DNA from: an uncultured Acidimicrobiia bacterium
GTDB lineage: Bacteria > Actinomycetota > Acidimicrobiia > Spongiisociales > UBA11373
Assembly (NCBI GenBank): GCA_964354255.1
Contig: CAYGYX010000001.1
Coordinates: 38,474 to 102,473 of the forward strand
Direction: 5' to 3'
Length of the DNA: 64,000 nucleotides
A model generated the notes under the pieces. It saw nothing but the letters and a program-made list of their open reading frames with translations, did no database searches and was not told the DNA's origin. The stretch's first letter is position 1. Each line of letters begins with the position of its first letter. This document shows positions 8,778 through 16,303 of the stretch, in pieces. A program made the translations under genes and the position numbers.

Positions 8778-9589
8778 GCGCCGCCGGGGTGGGCAACACC
8801 CTGGCGCTGGCCGCCGCCGTCGTCACCGGGGCGATGGTGCTGCTGTGGCTGGTGAGCCTGGCCGCCCGCGACGCCTCGATCGTCGACATCTTCTGGGGAC
8901 CGGGCTTCGTGCTGGTCGCCTGGACGGTCTTCGCCTGGGTCACCGCCCACGACCTGCCCGACGGCGGTGGGGCCCGCCGCCTGCTCCTCGCCGCCCTGGT
9001 CACCGTCTGGGGCCTGCGCCTGGGGATCTACCTCGGGAGGCGCAACCTGGGCAAGGGGGAGGACTACCGCTACGTGGCGATGCGGGAGAAGGCCCGGGGG
9101 CGGTTCTGGATCATCAGCCTCGGCAAGGTGTTCCTCCTGCAGGGCCTGCTCATGTGGGTGGTCTCCCTCCCCCTCCAGGGCGGCCAACTGCCCTCCACGC
9201 CCGACGGGCTCGGGCCTCTGGCCCTCGCCGGCGCCGCGGTCTGGGCCATCGGGCTCTTCTTCGAGTCGTTGGGCGACTGGCAACTGGCCCGCTTCAAGTC
9301 CGACCCGGCCAACAGAGGCCGCGTGATGGACCGGGGCCTGTGGCGATACACCCGCCACCCCAACTACTTCGGCGACTTCCTGGTGTGGTGGGGCCTCTAC
9401 CTGGTGGCTCTCGAGGGCCACGGGACCTGGTGGACGGTGGCCGGCCCGCTGCTCATGTCGTTCCTGCTATTGCGGGTGAGCGGGGTGGCCATGCTCGAGA
9501 AGACCATCGCCACCCGCCGCCCGGGCTACGAGCAGTACGTGCGCCGCACCAGCGCCTTCTTCCCCCTGCCGCCCCGGCGGGCGAGTTGA
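8774..9589 (+). CDS. DUF1295 family membrane protein (steroid 5-alpha-reductase / ICMT-like fold)
   Basis: The GTG start overlaps the upstream stop (GTGA). Multi-TM protein with the signature RGLWRYTRHPNYFGDFLVWWGLYLVAL, which identifies the DUF1295/ICMT-like superfamily. Confidence 0.75.
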   Translation: MSAAGVGNTLALAAAVVTGAMVLLWLVSLAARDASIVDIFWGPGFVLVAWTVFAWVTAHDLPDGGGARRLLLAALVTVWGLRLGIYLGRRNLGKGEDYRYVAMREKARGRFWIISLGKVFLLQGLLMWVVSLPLQGGQLPSTPDGLGPLALAGAAVWAIGLFFESLGDWQLARFKSDPANRGRVMDRGLWRYTRHPNYFGDFLVWWGLYLVALEGHGTWWTVAGPLLMSFLLLRVSGVAMLEKTIATRRPGYEQYVRRTSAFFPLPPRRAS

Positions 9590-9660
9590 GCGGCGAGCGG
9601 GCCGGCTCCGCCGGCGCTGCGGCCGGGCCATCCCACCGGACGGCTAGGTTCTCGCCGGAC

Positions 9661-10332
9661 ATGGACCCCCTCGATCGCCTCCGCCTGGGCAAGATGACCA
9701 ACCCGGTGCGCGGCTTCCTCCACGGGGCCGCCGCCGTGCTCTCCGTGGTCGGGGCCACGTTCCTGACGGTGCTCGCCGGCGGCGGCGTGGCGAACCGGGT
9801 CTCGTTGCTGGTGTTCGGGGTCAGCCTGGTGAGCCTCTACACCGTCTCCAGCCTCTACCACTCGATCCCCTGGGGGCCGCTCTGGAAGGCCCGCATGCGG
9901 CGCCTTGACCACACGATGATCTACGTGCTGGTCGCCGGCACTTTCACCCCCATCGCCTACATCGCGCTCGACGGCTGGCTCCGCTGGGCGACGCTTGGGA
10001 TGCAGTGGGCCATCGTGGCCTTCGGCGCCATCCAGAAAGCCCTCTTCCCCGGTCTGTCCCGCTCGTTGTCGGTAGCCCTGCAGACCATTCAGGGGTGGCT
10101 GGCAGTGCTCCTGCTCTGGCCCCTGGCCCGGACCCTTCCCTGGACGGCCCTCCTCATGCTCCTCATGGGTGGTCTGTTCTACACGGTGGGGATGGTGCTC
10201 CTGGTCACCAACCGGCCCCGGCTCTGGCCGCGGGTCTTCTCATACCACGAGGTATTTCACATCCTGGTAGTGGCCGGCTCGAGCCTCCACTTCGCGGTAG
10301 TGGCCCGCTACCTGGTCCACTTCGCCGGGTGA
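9661..10332 (+). CDS. hemolysin III family (PAQR/YqfA) 7-TM protein
   Basis: 223 aa: MDPLDRLRLGKMTNPVRGFLHGAAAVLSVVG...SLYHSIPW...RRLDHTMIYVLVAGTFTPIAY...HEVFHILVVAGSSLHF. The conserved HlyIII His motifs are present. Confidence 0.85.
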   Translation: MDPLDRLRLGKMTNPVRGFLHGAAAVLSVVGATFLTVLAGGGVANRVSLLVFGVSLVSLYTVSSLYHSIPWGPLWKARMRRLDHTMIYVLVAGTFTPIAYIALDGWLRWATLGMQWAIVAFGAIQKALFPGLSRSLSVALQTIQGWLAVLLLWPLARTLPWTALLMLLMGGLFYTVGMVLLVTNRPRLWPRVFSYHEVFHILVVAGSSLHFAVVARYLVHFAG

Positions 10333-10433
10333 GTAACGCTCGGCGCCCGGCTCCCCCACCCTGCCAGCCATCCACCGAACGACGGCGGCTCGGCTCACCA
10401 CGGGGCTGCTGAGGAGCCCGCCTGGCCGTCGGG

Positions 10434-10955
10434 CTAGTCGCCGTCGTCACCATCGCCGACGACCTCGAAAGCCACCTCTCCGTTGAGAACGAAGGCCCGC
10501 ACCCCGAAGTGGGAAGTCCCGCCGTCGAACTCGACGAGCACCTCGGCCGGATCCGCTTTCTCCACATCGACCGTGAACCCCGGCGCCGGCGTGGCACCGA
10601 CCAGGGCGAGGCGGCCTCCCGCCAGGCTCACCACCAGGGTTCCCCCGCCGACCACTCGCGCCACCACCGTGGGCTCGGCCCCGTCCGTGGTCGTCACCAC
10701 CCCGGTGGTGCTGCTCACGGCGACGGTCGTGGTGCTGTGAGACGAGGCCGCGGTGGTCGTCGTGCCCTCCGAGGTAGTCGACGGCCAAGAGGTAGTACTG
10801 GTCGCCAACGCGACCACCTGACTGGCAGACAAGGGGGCCATCGCCTCGAGCCCGGTCTGCTCGCCGGCCAGGCGGACCGCCGCCCAGGCGACCGTCGCCG
10901 TCACGGCGGTCGCGGCACACCAGGCACTGACGTATAGCACGGGCCGCGGCACGAC
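10434..10955 (-). CDS. secreted/membrane-anchored Ser/Thr-rich protein of unknown function
   Basis: N-terminal hydrophobic helix (LYVSAWCAATAVTATVAWAAV), then a long S/T-rich linker (TSTTSWPSTTSEGTTTTAASSHSTTTVAVSSTTGVVTTT), then a beta-rich C-domain. It is divergent from the response-regulator gene. The start is tentatively GTG. Confidence 0.45.
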   Translation of the reverse strand, partial: VVPRPVLYVSAWCAATAVTATVAWAAVRLAGEQTGLEAMAPLSASQVVALATSTTSWPSTTSEGTTTTAASSHSTTTVAVSSTTGVVTTTDGAEPTVVARVVGGGTLVVSLAGGRLALVGATPAPGFTVDVEKADPAEVLVEFDGGTSHFGVRAFVLNGEVAFEVVGDGDDGD

Positions 10956-11053
10956 ACAGATCGTCTCACAGAGCGCGCAACATGGCCTCAAGCCAGCCTC
11001 AAGTTGGCATCAAGGCCGCCACCCCTCCGGCCCGTCTGCCCTATCGTTTCACC

Positions 11054-11737
11054 ATGGCTTCCGTCGTCGTCATAGAGGACGACCTGCACATCCGCCAGGC
11101 GGTGGCTCGGGTGCTCGCCGACATGGGCCACGACGTCACCTCTTCCCCCACAGCCCTGGCCGGCCTGGAGTCGGTGGTTCAGCGGCATCCCGACCTGGTC
11201 CTCCTCGACCTGGGCCTGCCCGATCTAGACGGGTCCGAGCTTCTGAAGATGATCCGGGCGGTGAGCAAGGTGCCGATCATCGTCATCACCGCCCGCAGCG
11301 AAGATGCCGAAGTGGTGCGCACGCTCGATTCCGGGGCCGACGACTACCTGGTCAAGCCCTTCACCACCGCCCAACTCGGAGCCCGGGTGCGGGCGGTGCT
11401 CCGCCGGATCGGGGGTTCCCCAACCCGGGATCTGGTGCGCGTGGGCACCCTGGAGATCGATCCCCCGGCGCGCACCGCCACCCTCGACGGCGCGCTCCTC
11501 GACCTGAGCCCCAAGGAGTTCGACCTGCTGTTGTACCTGGCCCGGCGGACCGGAGAAGTGGTCACCAAACGCGAGATGCTCGCCGAGGTCTGGCGGGAGC
11601 CCTATGGGGGAAGCGAACGCACTGTGGACGTCCACCTCTCCTGGCTGCGGCGCAAGATGGGGGAGAGCGCCGCCGCGCCGCGCTACCTCCGCACCCATTT
11701 CGGCGTCGGCATCCGCCTGGTCGATCCCCGCTCGTGA
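11054..11737 (+). CDS. two-component response regulator, OmpR/PhoB family
   Basis: M25 of ORF 10982..11737: MASVVVIEDDLHIRQAVARVLADMGHDV...LVLLDLGLPDLDG...KVPIIVITARSED...LVKPF, a receiver domain, followed by a winged-helix (EFDLLLYLARRTGEVVTKREMLAEVW). Confidence 0.9.
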   Translation: MASVVVIEDDLHIRQAVARVLADMGHDVTSSPTALAGLESVVQRHPDLVLLDLGLPDLDGSELLKMIRAVSKVPIIVITARSEDAEVVRTLDSGADDYLVKPFTTAQLGARVRAVLRRIGGSPTRDLVRVGTLEIDPPARTATLDGALLDLSPKEFDLLLYLARRTGEVVTKREMLAEVWREPYGGSERTVDVHLSWLRRKMGESAAAPRYLRTHFGVGIRLVDPRS

Positions 11738-13008
11738 GACGGCGCCTGTCCTTGCTGGTGCTCGCGGTCACCTCAATGGTCGTCGTGGCCTTCGTGGTGC
11801 CGCTCGGGCTCCTGGTGCGCCGGCAGGCCGAGAGCCGGGGATTGGCCGAAGCCCAGCGCACCGCCCAAGCGGTCGCCTCCGGCCTCGCCGTAGCCTCCTA
11901 CCTGTCCCCGGACCTGCCGGGCTCGGTCGTGGAGTTGGTCCTCGCGGTTTCCGGGGAAGGGGCCACCTCCGTCTTCCTCCCCGACGGGAGCGTGACCGGC
12001 CCACCGACGGAAGCCTCGCCGGCGGTGACGCAGGCGCGGGCCGGGCGGGCCCTGAGCGCCCATGCTGCCGACGGGGTGGAGATCCTCGTCCCGGTGACGG
12101 GCAGCACCGGGACCCTCGTCGTGCGCACCTGGGTATCCGACGCCGAACTGCGCCATGGGGTGATCGCCGCCTGGCTGGTCCTCGCCGTCCTCGGAGTGCT
12201 GCTGGTGATCGCCGCCGTCACCCTGGCCGACCGCCTGGGGGCCGCGCTGGTCCGGCCCGTGGCCGCCCTGGCCGGCGCCGCCCGGCGCATGGCCTCCGGT
12301 GACCTCCAGGCCCGCGTCGCTCCGGCCGGGCCGCCCGAGATCGCCGACGCCGGACAGGCCTTCAACCACCTCGCCGGACGCCTCGACGACCTCCTGCTGG
12401 CCGAGCGGGAATCCCTGGCCGACTTGTCACACCGGCTGCGCACCCCCCTCACCGCGCTGCGCCTCCAGGCAGAGGCCCTGCCGGGCGCCGAGGGCCTGCT
12501 CGAGGACGTCGACCGCCTGGGGAGCCAGGTCGACCAGTTGATCACCGAGGCCCGGCGCCGCTCACCCGCCGCCGGACCGCGCCACGCCGATCTCTGTGAG
12601 GTCGCCCGGCGGCGCGCCGCCTTCTGGCAGGTACTCGCAGAAGAGCAGGGACGCTCAGCAATCGTCGCTGTGGCTCCGGGCCCCATGTGGTTGGCGCTCA
12701 CCGAGGACGAGCTGGGGGCGGCCCTCGACACGCTGTTGGAGAACGTGTTCACCCACACCCCAGCCGGGACCGCCTACGAAGTCTCGGTCTCCACCCCCGT
12801 GCCGGGCGCGGCGCTGCTCCTGGTCGAGGACCATGGGCCGGGGTTCCCGCACCACGAAGTGGCCGAGCGCGGCAGCAGCCAGACCGGGTCCAGTGGCCTG
12901 GGGCTCGATATCGCCCGCGGCGCGGCGCGGCGCACCGGCGGCGACCTCACCATCGGGGAGGGGCCGGGGGGCGGAGCCCGCGTCGAGGTTCGTTTCGGGC
13001 GGCTCTAG
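11734..13008 (+). CDS. sensor histidine kinase (2 TM, HAMP, HisKA, HATPase_c)
   Basis: The GTG start overlaps the RR stop (GTGA). Contains the H-box SHRLRTPLTALRL and the ATP lid GSSGLGLDIARGAARRTGGDLTIGEGPGGGARVEVRF. Confidence 0.9.
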   Translation: MRRRLSLLVLAVTSMVVVAFVVPLGLLVRRQAESRGLAEAQRTAQAVASGLAVASYLSPDLPGSVVELVLAVSGEGATSVFLPDGSVTGPPTEASPAVTQARAGRALSAHAADGVEILVPVTGSTGTLVVRTWVSDAELRHGVIAAWLVLAVLGVLLVIAAVTLADRLGAALVRPVAALAGAARRMASGDLQARVAPAGPPEIADAGQAFNHLAGRLDDLLLAERESLADLSHRLRTPLTALRLQAEALPGAEGLLEDVDRLGSQVDQLITEARRRSPAAGPRHADLCEVARRRAAFWQVLAEEQGRSAIVAVAPGPMWLALTEDELGAALDTLLENVFTHTPAGTAYEVSVSTPVPGAALLLVEDHGPGFPHHEVAERGSSQTGSSGLGLDIARGAARRTGGDLTIGEGPGGGARVEVRFGRL

Positions 13009-13546
13009 CCGCGCTCGGCGCCGCCTTCCCTCCGGCAAGGAGGAATCGCGCCACCACCAGCACGACCACGGCGGCGACGGTCCCGGCGTAAAGGCTCATG
13101 ACTGCCGGGTTCGAGGTGTCGCTCCCCGCCAGCACACCGTGGAGCGTCGCGGAGGCATACGCCCCGAAGGCACCGAAGTGCAGGACGCGCCAGGCCTTCT
13201 GCCCGATGAAGCGCCGCACGTAGAAGGACCCTCCCACCACCACCAGGCCCCAGGCCGCAACCACGCCCAGCGCCACAGCCTCGGGACGCCAGCTCGAAGA
13301 CCCCGGGATGAGCAGCTCGCGCCACCCGAAGCTCAGGTACTTGTCAGCGGCGAGGAAGGCGAGGTGGGTTCCGGTGGCGGCCAGCGCGCCCAGCGAGAGG
13401 CCTTCGTGGGCGACGGTGAGCGCCCGCGGCTGCACCGAGCGTCCCAGCAGCCGGCTGGCGAGCAGCAGGCCCCAGATGGTTGCGGCCGCCACCAGCCCGT
13501 ACGCCACCAAGCCCGACGCTCGGATGATCAGCCAGGTCGTAGTCAT
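12947..13546 (-). CDS. ferric-reductase-like transmembrane domain protein (PF01794-like)
   Basis: M167 of ORF 12947..14044. MTTTWLIIRASGLVAYGLVAAATIWGLLLASRLLG...HEGLSLGALAATGTHLAFL...LHFGAFGAYASATLHGVL shows multi-TM helices with conserved His. The ATG overlaps the apbE stop (ATGA), and a GGAGGTG SD is present. The 3' end overlaps the convergent HK gene by ~62 nt. Confidence 0.6.
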   Translation of the reverse strand: MTTTWLIIRASGLVAYGLVAAATIWGLLLASRLLGRSVQPRALTVAHEGLSLGALAATGTHLAFLAADKYLSFGWRELLIPGSSSWRPEAVALGVVAAWGLVVVGGSFYVRRFIGQKAWRVLHFGAFGAYASATLHGVLAGSDTSNPAVMSLYAGTVAAVVVLVVARFLLAGGKAAPSAARAARNEPRRGLRPPAPPRW

Positions 13547-14394
13547 GCCGCCACCTCCGTGCCGGCCGTGGCGAAGACGCTCCCGTCGTGCCAGATGGCC
13601 ACGGCGCCGCGCAGCCAGGCCTGGCGGCCGGCCCAGGCGAGGCCGTCCGACCCGAGGAGCAGGATCGCCTTGGCCGCAGCTTCCGCCTCCAGGGCGGTGG
13701 CCGCCACTGCGCTGGCGCTCACCGCCGGGGACTCCACCGGGGCCATGATCCGGGGGTCGATGATGTGGTTGGCCTCCGCCGCTCCCACCTTCCAGCGCCG
13801 GAGCAGGACAGAACTGGTCGCCAGCGCCCCCACCCCGAGGTGGACTCGCGCGGCCACCTCGGCCTCGCCGCCCAGGATCTCGACGGTGGTGCGCCCATCC
13901 GACGAGCGCACATCCCCGCCCGCCGAGACCACGACTGCCAGGCCCTGCTCCACGGCGCGGTCGCAGGTCCAGCCCTTGGCGATGCCGCCCAGGTCGAGGT
14001 ACGTGTCCGGCGGCCTGCGCAGCCGGCCGCCGGACAGGGACCACGGGGCCGCTGCCGGCAGCGGCCCCGGTGGCAGGCGCCGGTCACAGACTGCGGAGAA
14101 GGTGCCGTCGTAGCCCCACTCCGCCACCGCCCGGCCCACACCCGCATCCACCAGCCCACCGGTAAGGGTGCGCGCGGTGTCTGCAGCCCCGACTACCTCC
14201 GCCAGGAGTGGGGGCAAGGCCACCTCGACGTCCAGATCGGCGTTCGCCCGGCTCAGGTCGCTCTGGGCCCGGAACCGCGAGCAGCAAGCCTCAACCTGCT
14301 CGAAGAGGGCGCGCACCGCAGCCAGGCCCACCTCGGTCTCACCCACGGCCACCACCCCAGTCCCCATGGCGCGGAAACGCTGCAGCAGCATCAC
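13543..14394 (-). CDS. apbE: FAD:protein FMN transferase (flavin transferase ApbE)
   Basis: 283 aa: LLQRFRAMGTGVVAVGE...YLDLGGIAKGWTCDRAVE...AVVVSAGGDVRSSD...ALATSSVLLRRWKVGAAEANHIIDPR, which matches the ApbE family signature. The start overlaps the upstream gene stop. Confidence 0.85.
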   Translation of the reverse strand: MMLLQRFRAMGTGVVAVGETEVGLAAVRALFEQVEACCSRFRAQSDLSRANADLDVEVALPPLLAEVVGAADTARTLTGGLVDAGVGRAVAEWGYDGTFSAVCDRRLPPGPLPAAAPWSLSGGRLRRPPDTYLDLGGIAKGWTCDRAVEQGLAVVVSAGGDVRSSDGRTTVEILGGEAEVAARVHLGVGALATSSVLLRRWKVGAAEANHIIDPRIMAPVESPAVSASAVAATALEAEAAAKAILLLGSDGLAWAGRQAWLRGAVAIWHDGSVFATAGTEVAA

Positions 14395-14768
14395 GACCCC
14401 GAGCTCGTCACCGTCGGTGGCGCCGGCACCACCTGCGGTGCGGCCGCGGGCGGAGCCGCCGACACGACCTCCGGGGCCGCGGGAGCGACCGGCTGCGTGC
14501 TCGGCAACGTCACCTCAGCCCCGGAGGACCGGCCGAGGCGGAGCACCAGCAGCCCGCCCTCAGGCATGGCCGGCAAGGCGGCCCTGACATCGGCCGACTG
14601 CTCAACCGCGGCCGGGGACACCGGGTCCGGGATGGCCGCGGGGGTGGTGGCCGCTCCTCCGACACCCGAGACCCGGGCGATGACGGCCGCCACCCAGGCA
14701 GTGGCCATCGCCGTCCAGCCCCCGATGCGAACCACCCGGACCGGCGGAAAGCGGCCGACGCGGCTCAT
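14391..14768 (-). CDS. small single-TM protein with Pro/Ala-rich extracytoplasmic tail, unknown function
   Basis: M132 of ORF 14391..15161: MSRVGRFPPVRVVRIGGWTAMATAWVAAVIARVSGV...SSGAEVTLPSTQPVAPAAPEVVSAAPPAAAPQVVPAPP. The ATG overlaps the upstream stop (ATGA) and its stop overlaps the apbE start. The call is supported mainly by this chain of translational coupling. Confidence 0.45.
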   Translation of the reverse strand: MSRVGRFPPVRVVRIGGWTAMATAWVAAVIARVSGVGGAATTPAAIPDPVSPAAVEQSADVRAALPAMPEGGLLVLRLGRSSGAEVTLPSTQPVAPAAPEVVSAAPPAAAPQVVPAPPTVTSSGS

Positions 14769-15130
14769 CGGGCCCCTCCCGGGACGGGGGGTGCCACGGA
14801 CTCTGCGGGCACCTGGAGTACCACCCCGCGCGTCGCCAGCACCCGCGCCACCTCTGCGGGGATGCCCGCTTCTCCCGGGACGATGACTTCCAGGTAGCCC
14901 CCGGCGAGCAAGGTGCCCAGCACGGTCCCCCCCGCGCCATCCGCCGAGGAGGCTGCGGGGGTCACCGCGCCGGACGCCGAACCCGGCACAGTCTCCGAAG
15001 AGGTGGCGGCAGGCTGCGTGGTGGCCGCCGGGGCAGCGCCGCCGGGCGGAGAGGCGGTGGCGAAGGCTCCCAGGCCCAGGCCCGCCAAGGCCAGCCCGGC
15101 CGCCAGCGAGGCCCACTCTCGCGCGGCCAT
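14765..15130 (-). CDS. small Sec-secreted protein, unknown function
   Basis: 121 aa. MAAREWASLAAGLALAGLGLGAFATA is a signal peptide, followed by a T/S/A-rich linker and a C-terminal segment TVLGTLLAGGYLEVIVPGEAGIPAEVARVLATRGVVLQV. The ATG overlaps the upstream stop by 1 nt (TGATG). Confidence 0.45.
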   Translation of the reverse strand: MAAREWASLAAGLALAGLGLGAFATASPPGGAAPAATTQPAATSSETVPGSASGAVTPAASSADGAGGTVLGTLLAGGYLEVIVPGEAGIPAEVARVLATRGVVLQVPAESVAPPVPGGAR

Positions 15131-15639
15131 CAGCCCTCCACCTCCCCCGCGCCGGATTCATCCTCGTACCAGTCGTCCTCGTACTCGTCCCCGCCCACCC
15201 GGTCGTCGTCGCGCCGGTCGTCGTCGTAGGCGACCCCGGAGGCCGAGAGTTCGGCCCCGGGGGCAGGTTCCGCCGACGGCCCGGAGGCGATGACGACCGC
15301 CGGCGCAGGCCCGTCCAGGGACAGGCCGGCTGCCGCGCAGACCGGGCGCAGCGCGTCGAGGGCTGCCTGCTGCAGTGCGGTCAAGGAGCCCGCCGTCTCC
15401 CCGGCCACCAGCCCCCGACCTTCGGTACCACACGCCACGAGGAGATCGGCGAACGCCGTGTCGGCCGCGCCCTGCCCCGTGGGCAGAGCGGCCGGCGCGG
15501 CCACGGCGGCAGCCAGCGTGGTAGGTGAAGCCACCGCCCCGTCGGTGTTGAATACCCCCGACGCCGCCAGGGCGAGGATCGGGCCCGAGACCAACCCGAT
15601 GGCCAGAGCCACCAGGAGGCTCCTGCGCTTATGGTCCAT
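15130..15639 (-). CDS. secreted protein with acidic C-terminal tail, unknown function
   Basis: M11 of ORF 15130..15669 with an AGAGGAA SD. MDHKRRSLLVALAIGLVSGPILALAASG is a signal peptide. The C-terminus YDDDRRDDDRVGGDEYEDDWYEDESGAGEVEG is strongly acidic. It is the first gene of the ApbE cassette. Confidence 0.5.
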   Translation of the reverse strand: MDHKRRSLLVALAIGLVSGPILALAASGVFNTDGAVASPTTLAAAVAAPAALPTGQGAADTAFADLLVACGTEGRGLVAGETAGSLTALQQAALDALRPVCAAAGLSLDGPAPAVVIASGPSAEPAPGAELSASGVAYDDDRRDDDRVGGDEYEDDWYEDESGAGEVEG

Positions 15640-15772
15640 GTCGTTCCTCTCTGCTCGATGAACCAGCACAGGCTGCCGGAAGACCCCTCAAGAGGGCCTC
15701 AGGACGGGGACAAGAAGGCTGCATCTCCGGGCCTTCCGGTAAGACCTTTCCCCCATCCGGACATAGGCTGGT

Positions 15773-16303
15773 GTGGAGTGGACCATGACCGTCGTCGGCG
15801 CCGCTGACCGGGCGGCCTCACCCGAGGCCCGCTTCAGCACCCTCTTCGCCCGCCACTACCCGGCGGTGTTCGGCTACGCCGTCCGCCGGGTGGGCCGCGA
15901 CGAGGCGGGCGACGCCACCGCCGAGGTCTTCACCGTGGCGTGGCGGCGGCTGGGGCGGGTTCCCGCAGAGCCGGAGACCCTGCCCTGGCTCTACGCAGTG
16001 GCCCGCAAGGTCGTGGCCAACCAGGAGCGGGCGGCCCGCCGCCGCTGGCGCCTGGAGGCCAGGGCCGCGGCCTCCCCGGCCGGCACGGTCGAGGCTCCCG
16101 GCACCACCGGCCTCGATGTCGAGGCTGCCCTGCTCCGCCTGGGACAGGGCGACCGGGAGTTGCTGCGCCTCGCCGCCTGGGAGGAGCTACAGCCCGGCGA
16201 GATCGGCACCGTCCTGGGCTGCTCGGCCAACGCCGCCGCCGTCCGCCTCCACCGCGCCCGGCAGCGCCTCGCCGGGGAACTGCAATCGGAAGGCCGGCCA
16301 TGA
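15773..16303 (+). CDS. ECF (sigma-70 family) RNA polymerase sigma factor
   Basis: Region 2 (FSTLFARHYPAVFGYAVRRVGRDEAGDATAEVFTVAWRRL) and region 4 (LQPGEIGTVLGCSANAAAVRLHRARQRL) are recognisable. The start is GTG at 15773 or ATG at 15785. Confidence 0.85.
   Translation: MEWTMTVVGAADRAASPEARFSTLFARHYPAVFGYAVRRVGRDEAGDATAEVFTVAWRRLGRVPAEPETLPWLYAVARKVVANQERAARRRWRLEARAAASPAGTVEAPGTTGLDVEAALLRLGQGDRELLRLAAWEELQPGEIGTVLGCSANAAAVRLHRARQRLAGELQSEGRP

Noticed and set aside
15940-16299. N-terminal 120-aa extension of the GerMN-protein ORF (ORF track 15940..17754)
   Set aside because: It overlaps the ECF sigma gene in another frame. The ATG at 16300 sits in the classic ATGA coupling position, and the extension is Arg/Gly/Pro low-complexity.
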